Shown here: positions 35,857 through 44,461 of the stretch, piece after piece
Position numbering within the stretch: position 1 is the stretch's first letter
How the letters are laid out: every line of letters starts with the position of its first letter
Origin: a virus
Length of the DNA: 64,000 nucleotides
Strand: one strand, 5' to 3'
Virus record (IMG/VR): IMGVR_UViG_3300044949_001773
Location: 1-64,000 of that record
The notes under the pieces: generated by a model
Told to the model about the DNA's origin: nothing
Seen by the model: the letters and a program-made list of their open reading frames with translations, nothing else
Database searches by the model: none
Position numbers and translations under genes: made by a program

Positions 35857-36646
35857 AAACAAATCAACTTATAAATTAAAAAATTTTGGCCCAGTTTATT
35901 GTTTGAATCTTGATGATCAACCTGAAAGATGGGAGTATATGGAAAATCAATTTAAATATTGGGAAATAGAAAACTATACTCGCATTTCTGGTTATGATGG
36001 TAGAAATGATGATCTGAGTGATATTATTAAAGGAAGGTATCCTGAAATGATGTCATCTGGAGAAATTGGATGTACTACATCTCATCTAAAAGCAATCAAA
36101 TACTGGTATGAAACTAGTGATTCTCCGTATGCTATAATTATGGAGGATGATTGTAATTTGGATATTGTAAAATACTGGAATTTTACTTGGTCAGATTTTA
36201 TATCAAGAGCGCCTTATGCTTGGGATGTAATCCAGTTGGCAATTATTTGCACTGGTAATATTATTGTCCCAATTCATACTAGATTTGTAAATGATTTTTC
36301 TACGGCATGTTATGTAATAACAAGGCATCATGCTGAGAAATTATTAAAATATCATATTCGTGGTGACAAATATAAACTTGATAATGGAGTTAAACCTCGT
36401 CCAGTTGCTGATGATTTGATTTATAATTCGGGAATGACTTATGCTGTCCCACTATTATTATATAAAATTGAATTGGGGTCTTCAATACATCCTGATCATA
36501 TTGATACATTTCACAGAAGTAGTCATGATGGAATACTTAATTTTTGGAAACAAAATGGCCCTGATTTGACTATAGAACAAATAACAAATTTTGATCCTTA
36601 TCTTGGTCGGGTTTCCGATCCTTCTCCCTTAGTAGAGAGTACTTGA
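35849..36646 (+). CDS. GT25 (LPS/LOS) glycosyltransferase
   Basis: CLNLD..ER, GEIGCTTSH, IMEDD and TACY. Confidence 0.85.
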   Translation: MDKNKSTYKLKNFGPVYCLNLDDQPERWEYMENQFKYWEIENYTRISGYDGRNDDLSDIIKGRYPEMMSSGEIGCTTSHLKAIKYWYETSDSPYAIIMEDDCNLDIVKYWNFTWSDFISRAPYAWDVIQLAIICTGNIIVPIHTRFVNDFSTACYVITRHHAEKLLKYHIRGDKYKLDNGVKPRPVADDLIYNSGMTYAVPLLLYKIELGSSIHPDHIDTFHRSSHDGILNFWKQNGPDLTIEQITNFDPYLGRVSDPSPLVEST

Positions 36647-36738
36647 CAATTCTTAAAGTCTCTACTACACTAAATAAGTACTTAAGAATTCTGTTGTAAT
36701 TCTTAATCTTTTTGTCCTATAGTACAAACAAAGAATTT

Positions 36739-38211
36739 ATGAAATTTTTTCAACAACTGATGCTTGCACCTGTTGCTCTCGGAATGGTTGCTCCTGTTGC
36801 TGCGAATGCCGCAGACCTTAATATGGCAGCAGTCAATCAGTACTCTTCAGAACAGGTTACAAGCGTCGCACAATTTTCTGATGTCCAACCTACAGACTGG
36901 GCATATCAGGCACTCAGCAACCTCGTAGAGCGTTATGGTTGCGTTGCTGGTTATCCTAACGGCACATTTGGTGGTGGTAAAGCGATGACTCGTTATGAGG
37001 CAGCAGCACTTCTGAATGCTTGCCTTGATCGTGTGACTGAAGTTACTGATGAACTGAAGCGTCTTCAGGCAGAATTTGCACAAGAACTTGCTGTTCTTCG
37101 TGGTCGTGTAGAAAAACTAGAAGCACAAGTCACTACACTTGAGGCACAACAGTTCTCCACGACTACTAAACTTCGTGGTGAAGCAAACTTCGTAATCGGT
37201 GGTGTTGATAACTACCAGACCAAAGATGGTGATATCACTCACACCGCATTCAACTATGATCTGCGTCTGAACCTGGATACTTCGTTTACTGGTAAGGATC
37301 TTCTTCGTACTCGTCTGCGTTCATCTAACTTCAGCAGCAATCCTTTTGGTTCTAGTTCTTCAATTTTCAAACTGGACAAAGCAGACAACACTGTAAGTGA
37401 AGTTGGTAATAACGTAGTTATCGACCGTCTGTACTACTCATTCCCTGTGTTCAATAACACTACCACTCTTACTGCTGGTGCTCTGGTTCGTAATACTGAA
37501 ATCGCTTGGATTCCTTCGGCATATGAATCCAAGATTCTTGATTTCTTCCAAGTAGCAGGTGCTCCTGGGGTTTATAACAAGGCAGTTGGTTCTGGTTTCG
37601 GTATCCAATACGGTAAGAAGACAGGTCTTGTTGCTGGTTTAAACTACGTTGCTCAAAACGGTAGCGATAGTGCAACTGGTGAATTTGACCGTTCTGGCGC
37701 TCTCAATACCCTGGCACAAATCGGTTATCGTGGTACTAACTGGGGTGCTGCATTTGGTTACCGTTATGGTACTGAAGGCACCCGTGTCCGTACCTATAAC
37801 GGTCTGAACGGTGCTTCTGGTACTCTGGTTCCTGGTCAAACCTCTAACGGTTATGCTATCAACGCATACTGGCAACCCACTCAATCTGGTTGGGTTCCCT
37901 CCATCTCTGGTGGTTACGGTTGGAACACTGTAAGTGGCGCCCAAAGTGATGCTACTAACAGTCAGTCCTGGTTTGCTGGTCTAACTTGGGATGATGTATT
38001 TGTTGATGGCAACTCTGCTGGTGTTGCTATCGGTCAGGCACCTACTGGAGAAAATCTTGAGAAGTCCACTCTTCTTGAAATCTTCTACAAGTATCAAGTG
38101 TCTGATAACATCAGCATCACTCCTGCTATCATCTATGGTAGCGACAACCAACGTCTTGCTGGTAACTCCTCTAATTGGGGAGGAGTGGTGCAAACCACCT
38201 TCAAGTTCTGA
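36739..38211 (+). CDS. Cyanobacterial outer-membrane porin (SLH + OprB type)
   Basis: Signal peptide; FSDVQPTDWAYQAL..RYGCVAGYP SLH domain; QFSTTTKLRGE; terminal TTFKF. Confidence 0.93.
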   Translation: MKFFQQLMLAPVALGMVAPVAANAADLNMAAVNQYSSEQVTSVAQFSDVQPTDWAYQALSNLVERYGCVAGYPNGTFGGGKAMTRYEAAALLNACLDRVTEVTDELKRLQAEFAQELAVLRGRVEKLEAQVTTLEAQQFSTTTKLRGEANFVIGGVDNYQTKDGDITHTAFNYDLRLNLDTSFTGKDLLRTRLRSSNFSSNPFGSSSSIFKLDKADNTVSEVGNNVVIDRLYYSFPVFNNTTTLTAGALVRNTEIAWIPSAYESKILDFFQVAGAPGVYNKAVGSGFGIQYGKKTGLVAGLNYVAQNGSDSATGEFDRSGALNTLAQIGYRGTNWGAAFGYRYGTEGTRVRTYNGLNGASGTLVPGQTSNGYAINAYWQPTQSGWVPSISGGYGWNTVSGAQSDATNSQSWFAGLTWDDVFVDGNSAGVAIGQAPTGENLEKSTLLEIFYKYQVSDNISITPAIIYGSDNQRLAGNSSNWGGVVQTTFKF

Positions 38212-38276
38212 TAAACTACTCATAACTTGAGTGAAGGCACCCCTTTTTGGGGTGTTTTTTATTAGGCAATCAAAAC

Positions 38277-38306
38277 CTTAACCAAATCTTAGTGGACTTT
38301 AAGATG
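38277..38306 (+). promoter_or_regulatory. Putative Pho box upstream of pstS
   Basis: CTTAACCA-3-CTTAGTGG-2-TTTAAGAT resembles the cyanobacterial PyTTAAPyPy repeats. Confidence 0.5.
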
Positions 38307-38357
38307 GTCTTCTGATATTATTGATCATGAAGTCAATTCACTTCCAAAAAACTTTTT

Positions 38358-39320
38358 ATGAAACTTAAACAAATTTTTGCTGTTGGTCTAGTTGCTGCTC
38401 CTACTGCTGCTCTTTCTGGGCCTACTATTAATGGTGCAGGTGCTACTTTCCCTGCTCCAATTTATCAACGATGGTTCCAAGATTATGCACGAACTACTGG
38501 GAATAGGGTTAATTATCAGTCCGTTGGTTCTGGTGCTGGTGTTCGTCAATTCATTGCGGGCACAGTTAACTTCGGGGCAAGCGACGAATCAATCTCAGAA
38601 TCAGACGCTGCCAAAGTAAAGCGTGGTGTCGTTCAAATTCCTATGGTGGGTGGAACGATTGCTGTCGCTTATAACAAACCTGGATGCTCTCTGAAACTGA
38701 CTCAGAAGCAAACTGTAGATATTTTTTCTGGTCGCATTAAGGATTGGAAAGCACTTGGATGTGCTGCTGGTCCTATTCGTACCGTATATCGTGCAGATGG
38801 TTCTGGAACCACTTATGCATTTACTAATTCCCTAGATGCTTTTGGTGGATGGAAAGCAGGTGTAGGTAAGTCTGTAAAGTGGTCTACTGGTATTGGTGCT
38901 AAAGGTAATGAAGGTGTTTCTGGTAGTATTCGCCAAACGCCAGGTTCCATCGGTTATGTGAACACTGGATTTGTAAAGGCAAACAAACTCCAAGCAGCAG
39001 CGATCCAAAATAAGGCAGGTAAGTTCGTTCTTCCTACTGCTGCTTCTGGTTCTGCCGCACTGAATGGCATTAAACTGGATGCAAATCTTGCGGGAGAAAA
39101 TCCAAATCCTGCTGGAGCAACTGCATATCCAATTTCAACTCTGACTTGGGTTCTTGCGTATAAGACTGGTAATGGTGCTAATGCCGATGCCATTCGTAAA
39201 GCACTCAACTATGCTTTAAGCACTAAGGCACAATCACTTGCCGATGATCTTGGATATGTGCCTTTGAGTGGGTCTATTCTTAACCGAGCACGAATCGCCG
39301 TAAACCGAATCGGTCAGTAA
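38358..39320 (+). CDS. pstS: Phosphate ABC transporter substrate-binding protein
   Basis: GAGATFPAP, YQSVGSGAG, FGASD, RADGSGTT, GNEGV and YPI. Confidence 0.97.
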   Translation: MKLKQIFAVGLVAAPTAALSGPTINGAGATFPAPIYQRWFQDYARTTGNRVNYQSVGSGAGVRQFIAGTVNFGASDESISESDAAKVKRGVVQIPMVGGTIAVAYNKPGCSLKLTQKQTVDIFSGRIKDWKALGCAAGPIRTVYRADGSGTTYAFTNSLDAFGGWKAGVGKSVKWSTGIGAKGNEGVSGSIRQTPGSIGYVNTGFVKANKLQAAAIQNKAGKFVLPTAASGSAALNGIKLDANLAGENPNPAGATAYPISTLTWVLAYKTGNGANADAIRKALNYALSTKAQSLADDLGYVPLSGSILNRARIAVNRIGQ

Positions 39321-39415
39321 ATCCTAACAAAATTAAGTATAAATTACTACTAGGGGTGCTTGACACCCCTTTCTTTTTGCTATATAATTGTGTAACAATT
39401 CGTAATAAAACGAAA

Positions 39416-39625
39416 ATGACTGTAACAACTAATGATCGTGGACAACAAAATATGTGGGCAATTGAACCGCCTGTTTACATTTCTGATGAAGACGCAAAAA
39501 AGTACGGGATGAAGAGTTATGCTGAACGAGCCGAATCTGCTAATGGTCGCTGGGCTATGCTTGGGATCGTGGCTGGTTTTATCTCTTACGCATTGACTGG
39601 CCATCTGTTTTTTGGTGTAATCTGA
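39416..39625 (+). CDS. hli: High-light inducible protein
   Basis: AESANGRWAMLG motif; GQQNMWAIEP N-terminus. Confidence 0.92.
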   Translation: MTVTTNDRGQQNMWAIEPPVYISDEDAKKYGMKSYAERAESANGRWAMLGIVAGFISYALTGHLFFGVI

Positions 39626-39634
39626 GACTTGACA

Positions 39635-39721
39635 ATGACTTCACTTTTCCTTACAATAACATCTGTTGCCTTTTTTATTTTACTGGCAGCATCTGTAGAA
39701 AAACTTTGTGAGACTTACTAA
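39635..39721 (+). CDS. Tiny membrane peptide (28 aa)
   Basis: [28 protein letters not shown]; stop overlaps the petF start. Confidence 0.5.
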   Translation: MTSLFLTITSVAFFILLAASVEKLCETY

Positions 39722-40014
39722 TGACTGTTTTTAACATCACTCTTCAATCTCCCGATGGCACTGAAACTACTATTGAGTGCCCTGATGACCAATACATTCT
39801 CGAAGCTGCTGAAGAAGCAGGTGTAGATCTTCCTTCTTCATGTAAAGCTGGTGCTTGCTCTGCTTGTGCTGGTAAACTGATCAGCGGCACTGTAGATAAT
39901 GAGGAACAATCGTTCCTTGATGATGACCAACTCGCTGACGGTTGGGTGCTCACCTGTGTGGCATATCCCACTAGCGATTGTGTCATCTTGACTGAACAGG
40001 AAGAGAACCTGTGA
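39721..40014 (+). CDS. petF: Plant-type 2Fe-2S ferredoxin
   Basis: [13 protein letters not shown]...LTCVAYP. Confidence 0.97.
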   Translation: MTVFNITLQSPDGTETTIECPDDQYILEAAEEAGVDLPSSCKAGACSACAGKLISGTVDNEEQSFLDDDQLADGWVLTCVAYPTSDCVILTEQEENL

Positions 40015-40223
40015 GCGCTAATATGTTAGGGCAATTTAACCTTGCCCTTCAAGAGTTGATTGATAGCGGTGTCTGGGATCGAGATGTAGAACTAGAAGTT
40101 AAGATCGCAGGCACTCTTAAGAATGATAAGTTTATTGTTATTAAACCGATTAAAGAAAGAATGGTCTGCAACCCAGACCCAGAATTAAAACAAAAACATT
40201 TATATCAAGGAGAAAAGAAATGA
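40011..40223 (+). CDS. Hypothetical protein
   Basis: GTGA/ATGA overlaps with its neighbours. Confidence 0.6.
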   Translation: MSANMLGQFNLALQELIDSGVWDRDVELEVKIAGTLKNDKFIVIKPIKERMVCNPDPELKQKHLYQGEKK

Positions 40224-40339
40224 ACAAAATTTTTACTGAAACCGCAGAACGTTGGAATGGGCGACTGGCAATGCTGGGATTTGTAATTGCGGTTGGGACT
40301 TATCTTACTACTGGACAAGTAATTCCTGGTGTATTTTGA
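40220..40339 (+). CDS. hli: High-light inducible protein (39 aa)
   Basis: [22 protein letters not shown]...TGQVIPGVF; SD aaggag; not in the ORF track. Confidence 0.93.
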   Translation: MNKIFTETAERWNGRLAMLGFVIAVGTYLTTGQVIPGVF

Positions 40340-40350
40340 TGGAGGTTTCT

Positions 40351-40878
40351 ATGCGTAAAGAAGGATATCAAGTTCCTCAAGTGGAATTTGTATTTCGGGA
40401 GAATGGTGAATTTGTAAATCGTACATCATCTGAACTTTTTGATGGGAAGCGCGTTGTCATTTTTAGTCTGCCTGGTGCTTTCACTCCTACTTGCAGTGCC
40501 TATCAGTTACCTGGATTCGAAGAGAAATACGAAGACTTTATTGGTAGTGGCATCGACGCTATTTACTGCATCTCTGTTAATGATGGGTTTGTAATGAATG
40601 CTTGGGGACAAGATCAAAACATTAAGAATATTCAACTCATCCCTGATGGCAATGCATATTTCACTCGTTCTATGGGACAACTAGTAATGAAGTCCAATCT
40701 TGGTTTCGGTGAGCGTTCTTGGCGTTATGCTGCTGTGATTGATAATGGTATGATTGAAAAACTGTTTGAAGAACCGGGTAAATGTGATAACGCAAAAGAA
40801 GACCCTTATGGAGAAACGTCTCCAGAAAAAGTTCTTGAATATGTAAAGTCTACTGTTCGTGAACCAGTAGCAGTATGA
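40351..40878 (+). CDS. Type II peroxiredoxin (PrxV/redoxin family)
   Basis: LPGAFTPTCS, SVNDGFVMNAW, PDGN and RSWRYA; SD ggagg before ATG 40351. Confidence 0.93.
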   Translation: MRKEGYQVPQVEFVFRENGEFVNRTSSELFDGKRVVIFSLPGAFTPTCSAYQLPGFEEKYEDFIGSGIDAIYCISVNDGFVMNAWGQDQNIKNIQLIPDGNAYFTRSMGQLVMKSNLGFGERSWRYAAVIDNGMIEKLFEEPGKCDNAKEDPYGETSPEKVLEYVKSTVREPVAV

Positions 40879-40936
40879 GTAAAGGAGGGTTATTAACCCT
40901 CCTTTTTTAATAAATATAGTACAGGGTTTGGATACT

Positions 40937-41638
40937 ATGATGCTTATAGACCTTCATAACTTTTTTAAATATTACGACGAAAAAAATCCAAAACATATTG
41001 CTGCCGTAGAGCAATTTGAAAAAGATTTGCTTTTGAAAGCCCAAGAGCTGATGCAGGATGATGCTAACTGGGTGAAAATTTTTAGAACTAAAGAAGATAA
41101 ACCGCAAGCAACTATTTTACCTGTTCCCTTTTATCCACAAACAGATAATTATAGGGATGCGAACAGAACTTGTAACTCTTCTGCTTGTGCGATGTGCCTT
41201 GAGTATTTCAAACCCGGTACCCTAAAAGGACCTAAAGGCGATGATGCCTATGTACAAAAAGTTTTTTCAATCGGCGACACAACTGATCACTTGGTTCAGA
41301 CCAAGGTTCTTGCGTCATACGGTATTAAATCCAGTTTTTCCTACAGCCTTTCTTTTGCTGATCTTGATAGAGAGCTTGCCGCTGGTAGACCTGTTGTTAT
41401 TGGTATTCTTCATCGCGGCCCTTTATCTAACCCCACCGGAGGGCACATGGTAGTTGTAATTGGTAAGACTCCATCTGGAGATTATGTTGTCAACGATCCT
41501 TATGGTTCGTTGAATGATGGATATACTGGTTCGGTAAATAATGGTAAGAGTGTTGTATACAAGCGTAGTGAGCTTTCTCGTAGATGGGTTCCTGGGGTCA
41601 ATGATGGATGGGGTAGAATTTTTGAAGTAAAAAAGTAG
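40937..41638 (+). CDS. C39-like cysteine peptidase (N-terminal part of a putative frameshift fusion)
   Basis: VPFYPQTDN..RTCNSSACAM, GGHMVVVIG and VNDPYG (Q-C-H-D catalytic motifs). Confidence 0.85.
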   Translation: MMLIDLHNFFKYYDEKNPKHIAAVEQFEKDLLLKAQELMQDDANWVKIFRTKEDKPQATILPVPFYPQTDNYRDANRTCNSSACAMCLEYFKPGTLKGPKGDDAYVQKVFSIGDTTDHLVQTKVLASYGIKSSFSYSLSFADLDRELAAGRPVVIGILHRGPLSNPTGGHMVVVIGKTPSGDYVVNDPYGSLNDGYTGSVNNGKSVVYKRSELSRRWVPGVNDGWGRIFEVKK

Positions 41639-41678
41639 AGTCAACGCCACAATCTAAAATCCCTCAATGTGGCGTTGA
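41629..41678 (+). other. -1 programmed ribosomal frameshift signal
   Basis: In-frame A_AAA_AAG, 5-nt spacer, perfect 11-bp stem tcaacgccaca/tgtggcgttga. Confidence 0.8.
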
Positions 41679-42117
41679 TTTAATAAAAGAATTCGAGGGA
41701 TGTCATTTAAATGCTTATCCTGACCCATTGACTGGAGGACTTCCGATCACAATTGGCTGGGGTTCTACTAAAGATTTTAACGGAACTTCATTTAAACTTG
41801 GAAGAAAAATAACTCAAGAATATGCTGACAAATTATTAATGTTTGACCTTGAGCAAAGATTTCTTCCTTCACTGCAAAAAATCCCACACTGGAATGAGAT
41901 GACAGATGGAAAAAGAGGCGCTTTGCTCAGCTTTGCTTATAATCTTGGTGCCGGTTTTTACGGTGGCGATAACTTTAATACTATTACTAAACGCTTGAAG
42001 AATAAAGAATGGAACTTAGTTCCCGATGCGTTATATCTATACAGAAATCCTGGTTCAAATGTAGAAGCAGGACTTTCTCGTAGAAGAATTGCTGAAGGAA
42101 AACTTTGGAATTCTTAA
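41635..42117 (+). CDS. GH24 (phage lysozyme) domain in the -1 frame, lacking its own start codon
   Basis: GVDLIKEFEGCHLNAYPDP..ITIGWG, ALLSFAYNLG and GLSRRRIAE. Confidence 0.85.
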   Translation, partial: VESTPQSKIPQCGVDLIKEFEGCHLNAYPDPLTGGLPITIGWGSTKDFNGTSFKLGRKITQEYADKLLMFDLEQRFLPSLQKIPHWNEMTDGKRGALLSFAYNLGAGFYGGDNFNTITKRLKNKEWNLVPDALYLYRNPGSNVEAGLSRRRIAEGKLWNS

Positions 42118-42446
42118 TCGCTATCTTCTACTCTTGTTCTTAGTGCAATTACTGTAGTAAGAATAGTTAATAAAGTTTCATACCCTCTTCTTTCAGATTC
42201 TTTGCAATCTAAAGGTGGAGGGTTTTTTAATTTTCCATTTGCGTTTGCTTGGTTCATAGAACCTGGAAGCATAAAATTACATGAAATAAAATTTACTCCA
42301 ACAAATGTAATTATGGCACAGCAGATAATGAAGATTAATTTATTCAATAATGAACCGTGCTTTTTTCCTACCTCTTTTGGCAGGTCTTCTAATGAATCTG
42401 ATGACTTCTGCTGGTTGTCTTTTTGGTTGAGGTCTTCTTCCTTCAT
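42114..42446 (-). CDS. Membrane protein convergent on the lysozyme
   Basis: SD aaggag; TM LIFIICCAIITFVGVNFI and a hydrophobic C-terminus. Confidence 0.65.
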   Translation of the reverse strand: MKEEDLNQKDNQQKSSDSLEDLPKEVGKKHGSLLNKLIFIICCAIITFVGVNFISCNFMLPGSMNQANANGKLKNPPPLDCKESERRGYETLLTILTTVIALRTRVEDSD

Positions 42447-42506
42447 TGAATACTCCTTCGTTAGTTATTAATCTCATAACTAATACTCCAAGGAGAAGTG
42501 TGGATT

Positions 42507-42698
42507 TCATTTTCTTTCCTGTTTATGGATCCAAGTTTTAAGTTCGTGTAAATAATTTCTCAACATGTCCGCTTTTTCTAAATGCCATTTATCACCACTC
42601 TTGAAGTACTCTTGAGTGTGATTGTCAATTGCTTTTAGTGTGTTATGTATGGGGGCATTCCAAGGTTCTCTTATTGGAGTATTCCATTCCCTAGGCAT
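42507..42698 (-). CDS. Conserved hypothetical protein
   Basis: MPREWNTPIREPWN...LKAIDNH; TAAATA upstream on the - strand. Confidence 0.65.
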   Translation of the reverse strand: MPREWNTPIREPWNAPIHNTLKAIDNHTQEYFKSGDKWHLEKADMLRNYLHELKTWIHKQERK

Positions 42699-42771
42699 TT
42701 GCGGGAAAGCAGTTTTAATTATTTATCCGATTAGGTAAATAATAAATATAATTATAAGCCCAATAAGAGAT

Positions 42772-43107
42772 ATGAAATCTTATACTCAATTTATTTCGGA
42801 AAGTGTAAATATATCTGGAAATGCTTCTGTTGGTACTATCATTGTAAATGGACCATCAGAACAAGATGTTTCCCCAATCGGAGAGCAATTTTGTGCCGAT
42901 TTTGTTTGGGAAGGAAACATTTATCGGGTCAAATTTAACTCAGATTCTAATAGAATTCCCACAAGAGAAGAATTGTCTGAGCAGATTCAAGGACAATATC
43001 CTGGAGCAATAGTACATAACATTTATCCATTTATAGAAACTAACAGTCGCTATAAAATGGAAGATATAAAAAGATATCACCCATCAAAACTAGAGTGGAT
43101 TAACTGA
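42772..43107 (+). CDS. Hypothetical protein with a capsid-targeting-like leader
   Basis: MKSYTQFISE; late-promoter-like AATAAATA upstream. Confidence 0.7.
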   Translation: MKSYTQFISESVNISGNASVGTIIVNGPSEQDVSPIGEQFCADFVWEGNIYRVKFNSDSNRIPTREELSEQIQGQYPGAIVHNIYPFIETNSRYKMEDIKRYHPSKLEWIN

Positions 43108-43109
43108 TA

Positions 43110-44414
43110 ATGGCTATTTGGAATAAGATTGATCAAGATTATTTAAATCAAGAAAGAAGTCTCTTTGAAGTTTATATGCGTGCCGACAGGCATGGAGTCA
43201 TTTATGATGAGCTGGGGCAGGGTTTTAGTGGAGATTTATTTGGAAGATTAAAAACATCACAACCTTATACTCTTTTTGATTCATCTCATAGATATTCTCA
43301 GGATGGAGATTTTAGTGATGTTATTCTTGGAGCTGGATCTACTGTAGGAATTATTACAGCGCAAAGCACAGCAACCTTAAGTATTGGAACAACTGCCGGA
43401 TGCTCTTATATTCGTGAAAGTAAAAGAGTATTTTCATATCAACCGGGAAAGTCTTTACAAGTTCTTCAAACATTTGTTTTTAATCCCGCAAAGGAAAATT
43501 TAGTACAAAGGGCCGGATACGCATCATCCGAAAATGGTATAATGTTGGAACTTGATGGTTCTCAGCTTAATATTATCAAAAGAACTGCAATTTCTGGAGT
43601 TGGAACAACTGTAACAGTTCCACAAGCTGAATGGAATTTAGATACTCTTGATGGAACTGGATTCAGTACAAGTAATCCAAGTGGTATTGAACTAGACATA
43701 TCTAAAGCGCAAATTCTTTTCACAGAATATGAGTGGTTAGGAGTTGGTTCTGTTAGAGTTGGATTTGCGATCGATGGGAAGTTTATTCCTGTCCATCAAT
43801 TTAATCATGCTAATCATATAGAGTCTACCTATATGACAGCAGCAACCCTTCCAATTCGTTATGAAATTTTGAATACAGGAATTACCACGTCTTCTTCTAC
43901 AATGAAGCAGATTTGTGTTTCTGTGATTTCTAATGGTGGTTATGAAAGATTGACGAGGAGAGATGTGGCAAGAACAACAACAACAGTTTCTGTAGGGTCT
44001 ACGTCTTTTGTTCCTTTGATAAGTATTCGACTCACTCCAGGAAGAGAAGACGCAATTATTCTTCCAAAGTCTTTTTCATTTTTAGGAAGTTCTGCGAATA
44101 CATCAATTTTAGAAGTCGCTTGGATTCGAAATGGAACTGTTAATGCAGAAAATTGGCAAACCTTAACTGGAACACCAAATGCTCAACTGAATACTGATGC
44201 GACTACGATTACTGGGGGAACTATTATCTTGAATGATTTTGTTTCTTCTGCGAATAAATCGGCCACGCCATTAAATGTAGAAAGTACTTATAACTGGGAT
44301 TTACAATTGGGGAGAACACAAGCAAAGGTGAGTGATACGATTACATTAGCAGCAAGAGCAATTACTGGTGGTGCCGATTGTATTGGATCTATTACTCTTT
44401 ATGATTTAACTTAA
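43110..44414 (+). CDS. Putative virion structural protein
   Basis: DLFGRLKTSQPYTLFD, YQPGKS, EWLGVGSVR and LPIRYEI motifs of a phage structural family. Confidence 0.75.
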   Translation: MAIWNKIDQDYLNQERSLFEVYMRADRHGVIYDELGQGFSGDLFGRLKTSQPYTLFDSSHRYSQDGDFSDVILGAGSTVGIITAQSTATLSIGTTAGCSYIRESKRVFSYQPGKSLQVLQTFVFNPAKENLVQRAGYASSENGIMLELDGSQLNIIKRTAISGVGTTVTVPQAEWNLDTLDGTGFSTSNPSGIELDISKAQILFTEYEWLGVGSVRVGFAIDGKFIPVHQFNHANHIESTYMTAATLPIRYEILNTGITTSSSTMKQICVSVISNGGYERLTRRDVARTTTTVSVGSTSFVPLISIRLTPGREDAIILPKSFSFLGSSANTSILEVAWIRNGTVNAENWQTLTGTPNAQLNTDATTITGGTIILNDFVSSANKSATPLNVESTYNWDLQLGRTQAKVSDTITLAARAITGGADCIGSITLYDLT

Positions 44415-44461
44415 TCTACAATCCAAATACATAAATATTATTAAAAACAAGATATCTTAAT

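Noticed and set aside
40252-40350. N-terminal extension of the peroxiredoxin in the ORF track
   Set aside because: It overlaps the hli gene in another frame. ATG 40351 has a strong SD.
41728-42117. Lysozyme as an independent gene from TTG 41728
   Set aside because: This start would omit the catalytic Glu region and has no SD; frameshift access fits better.
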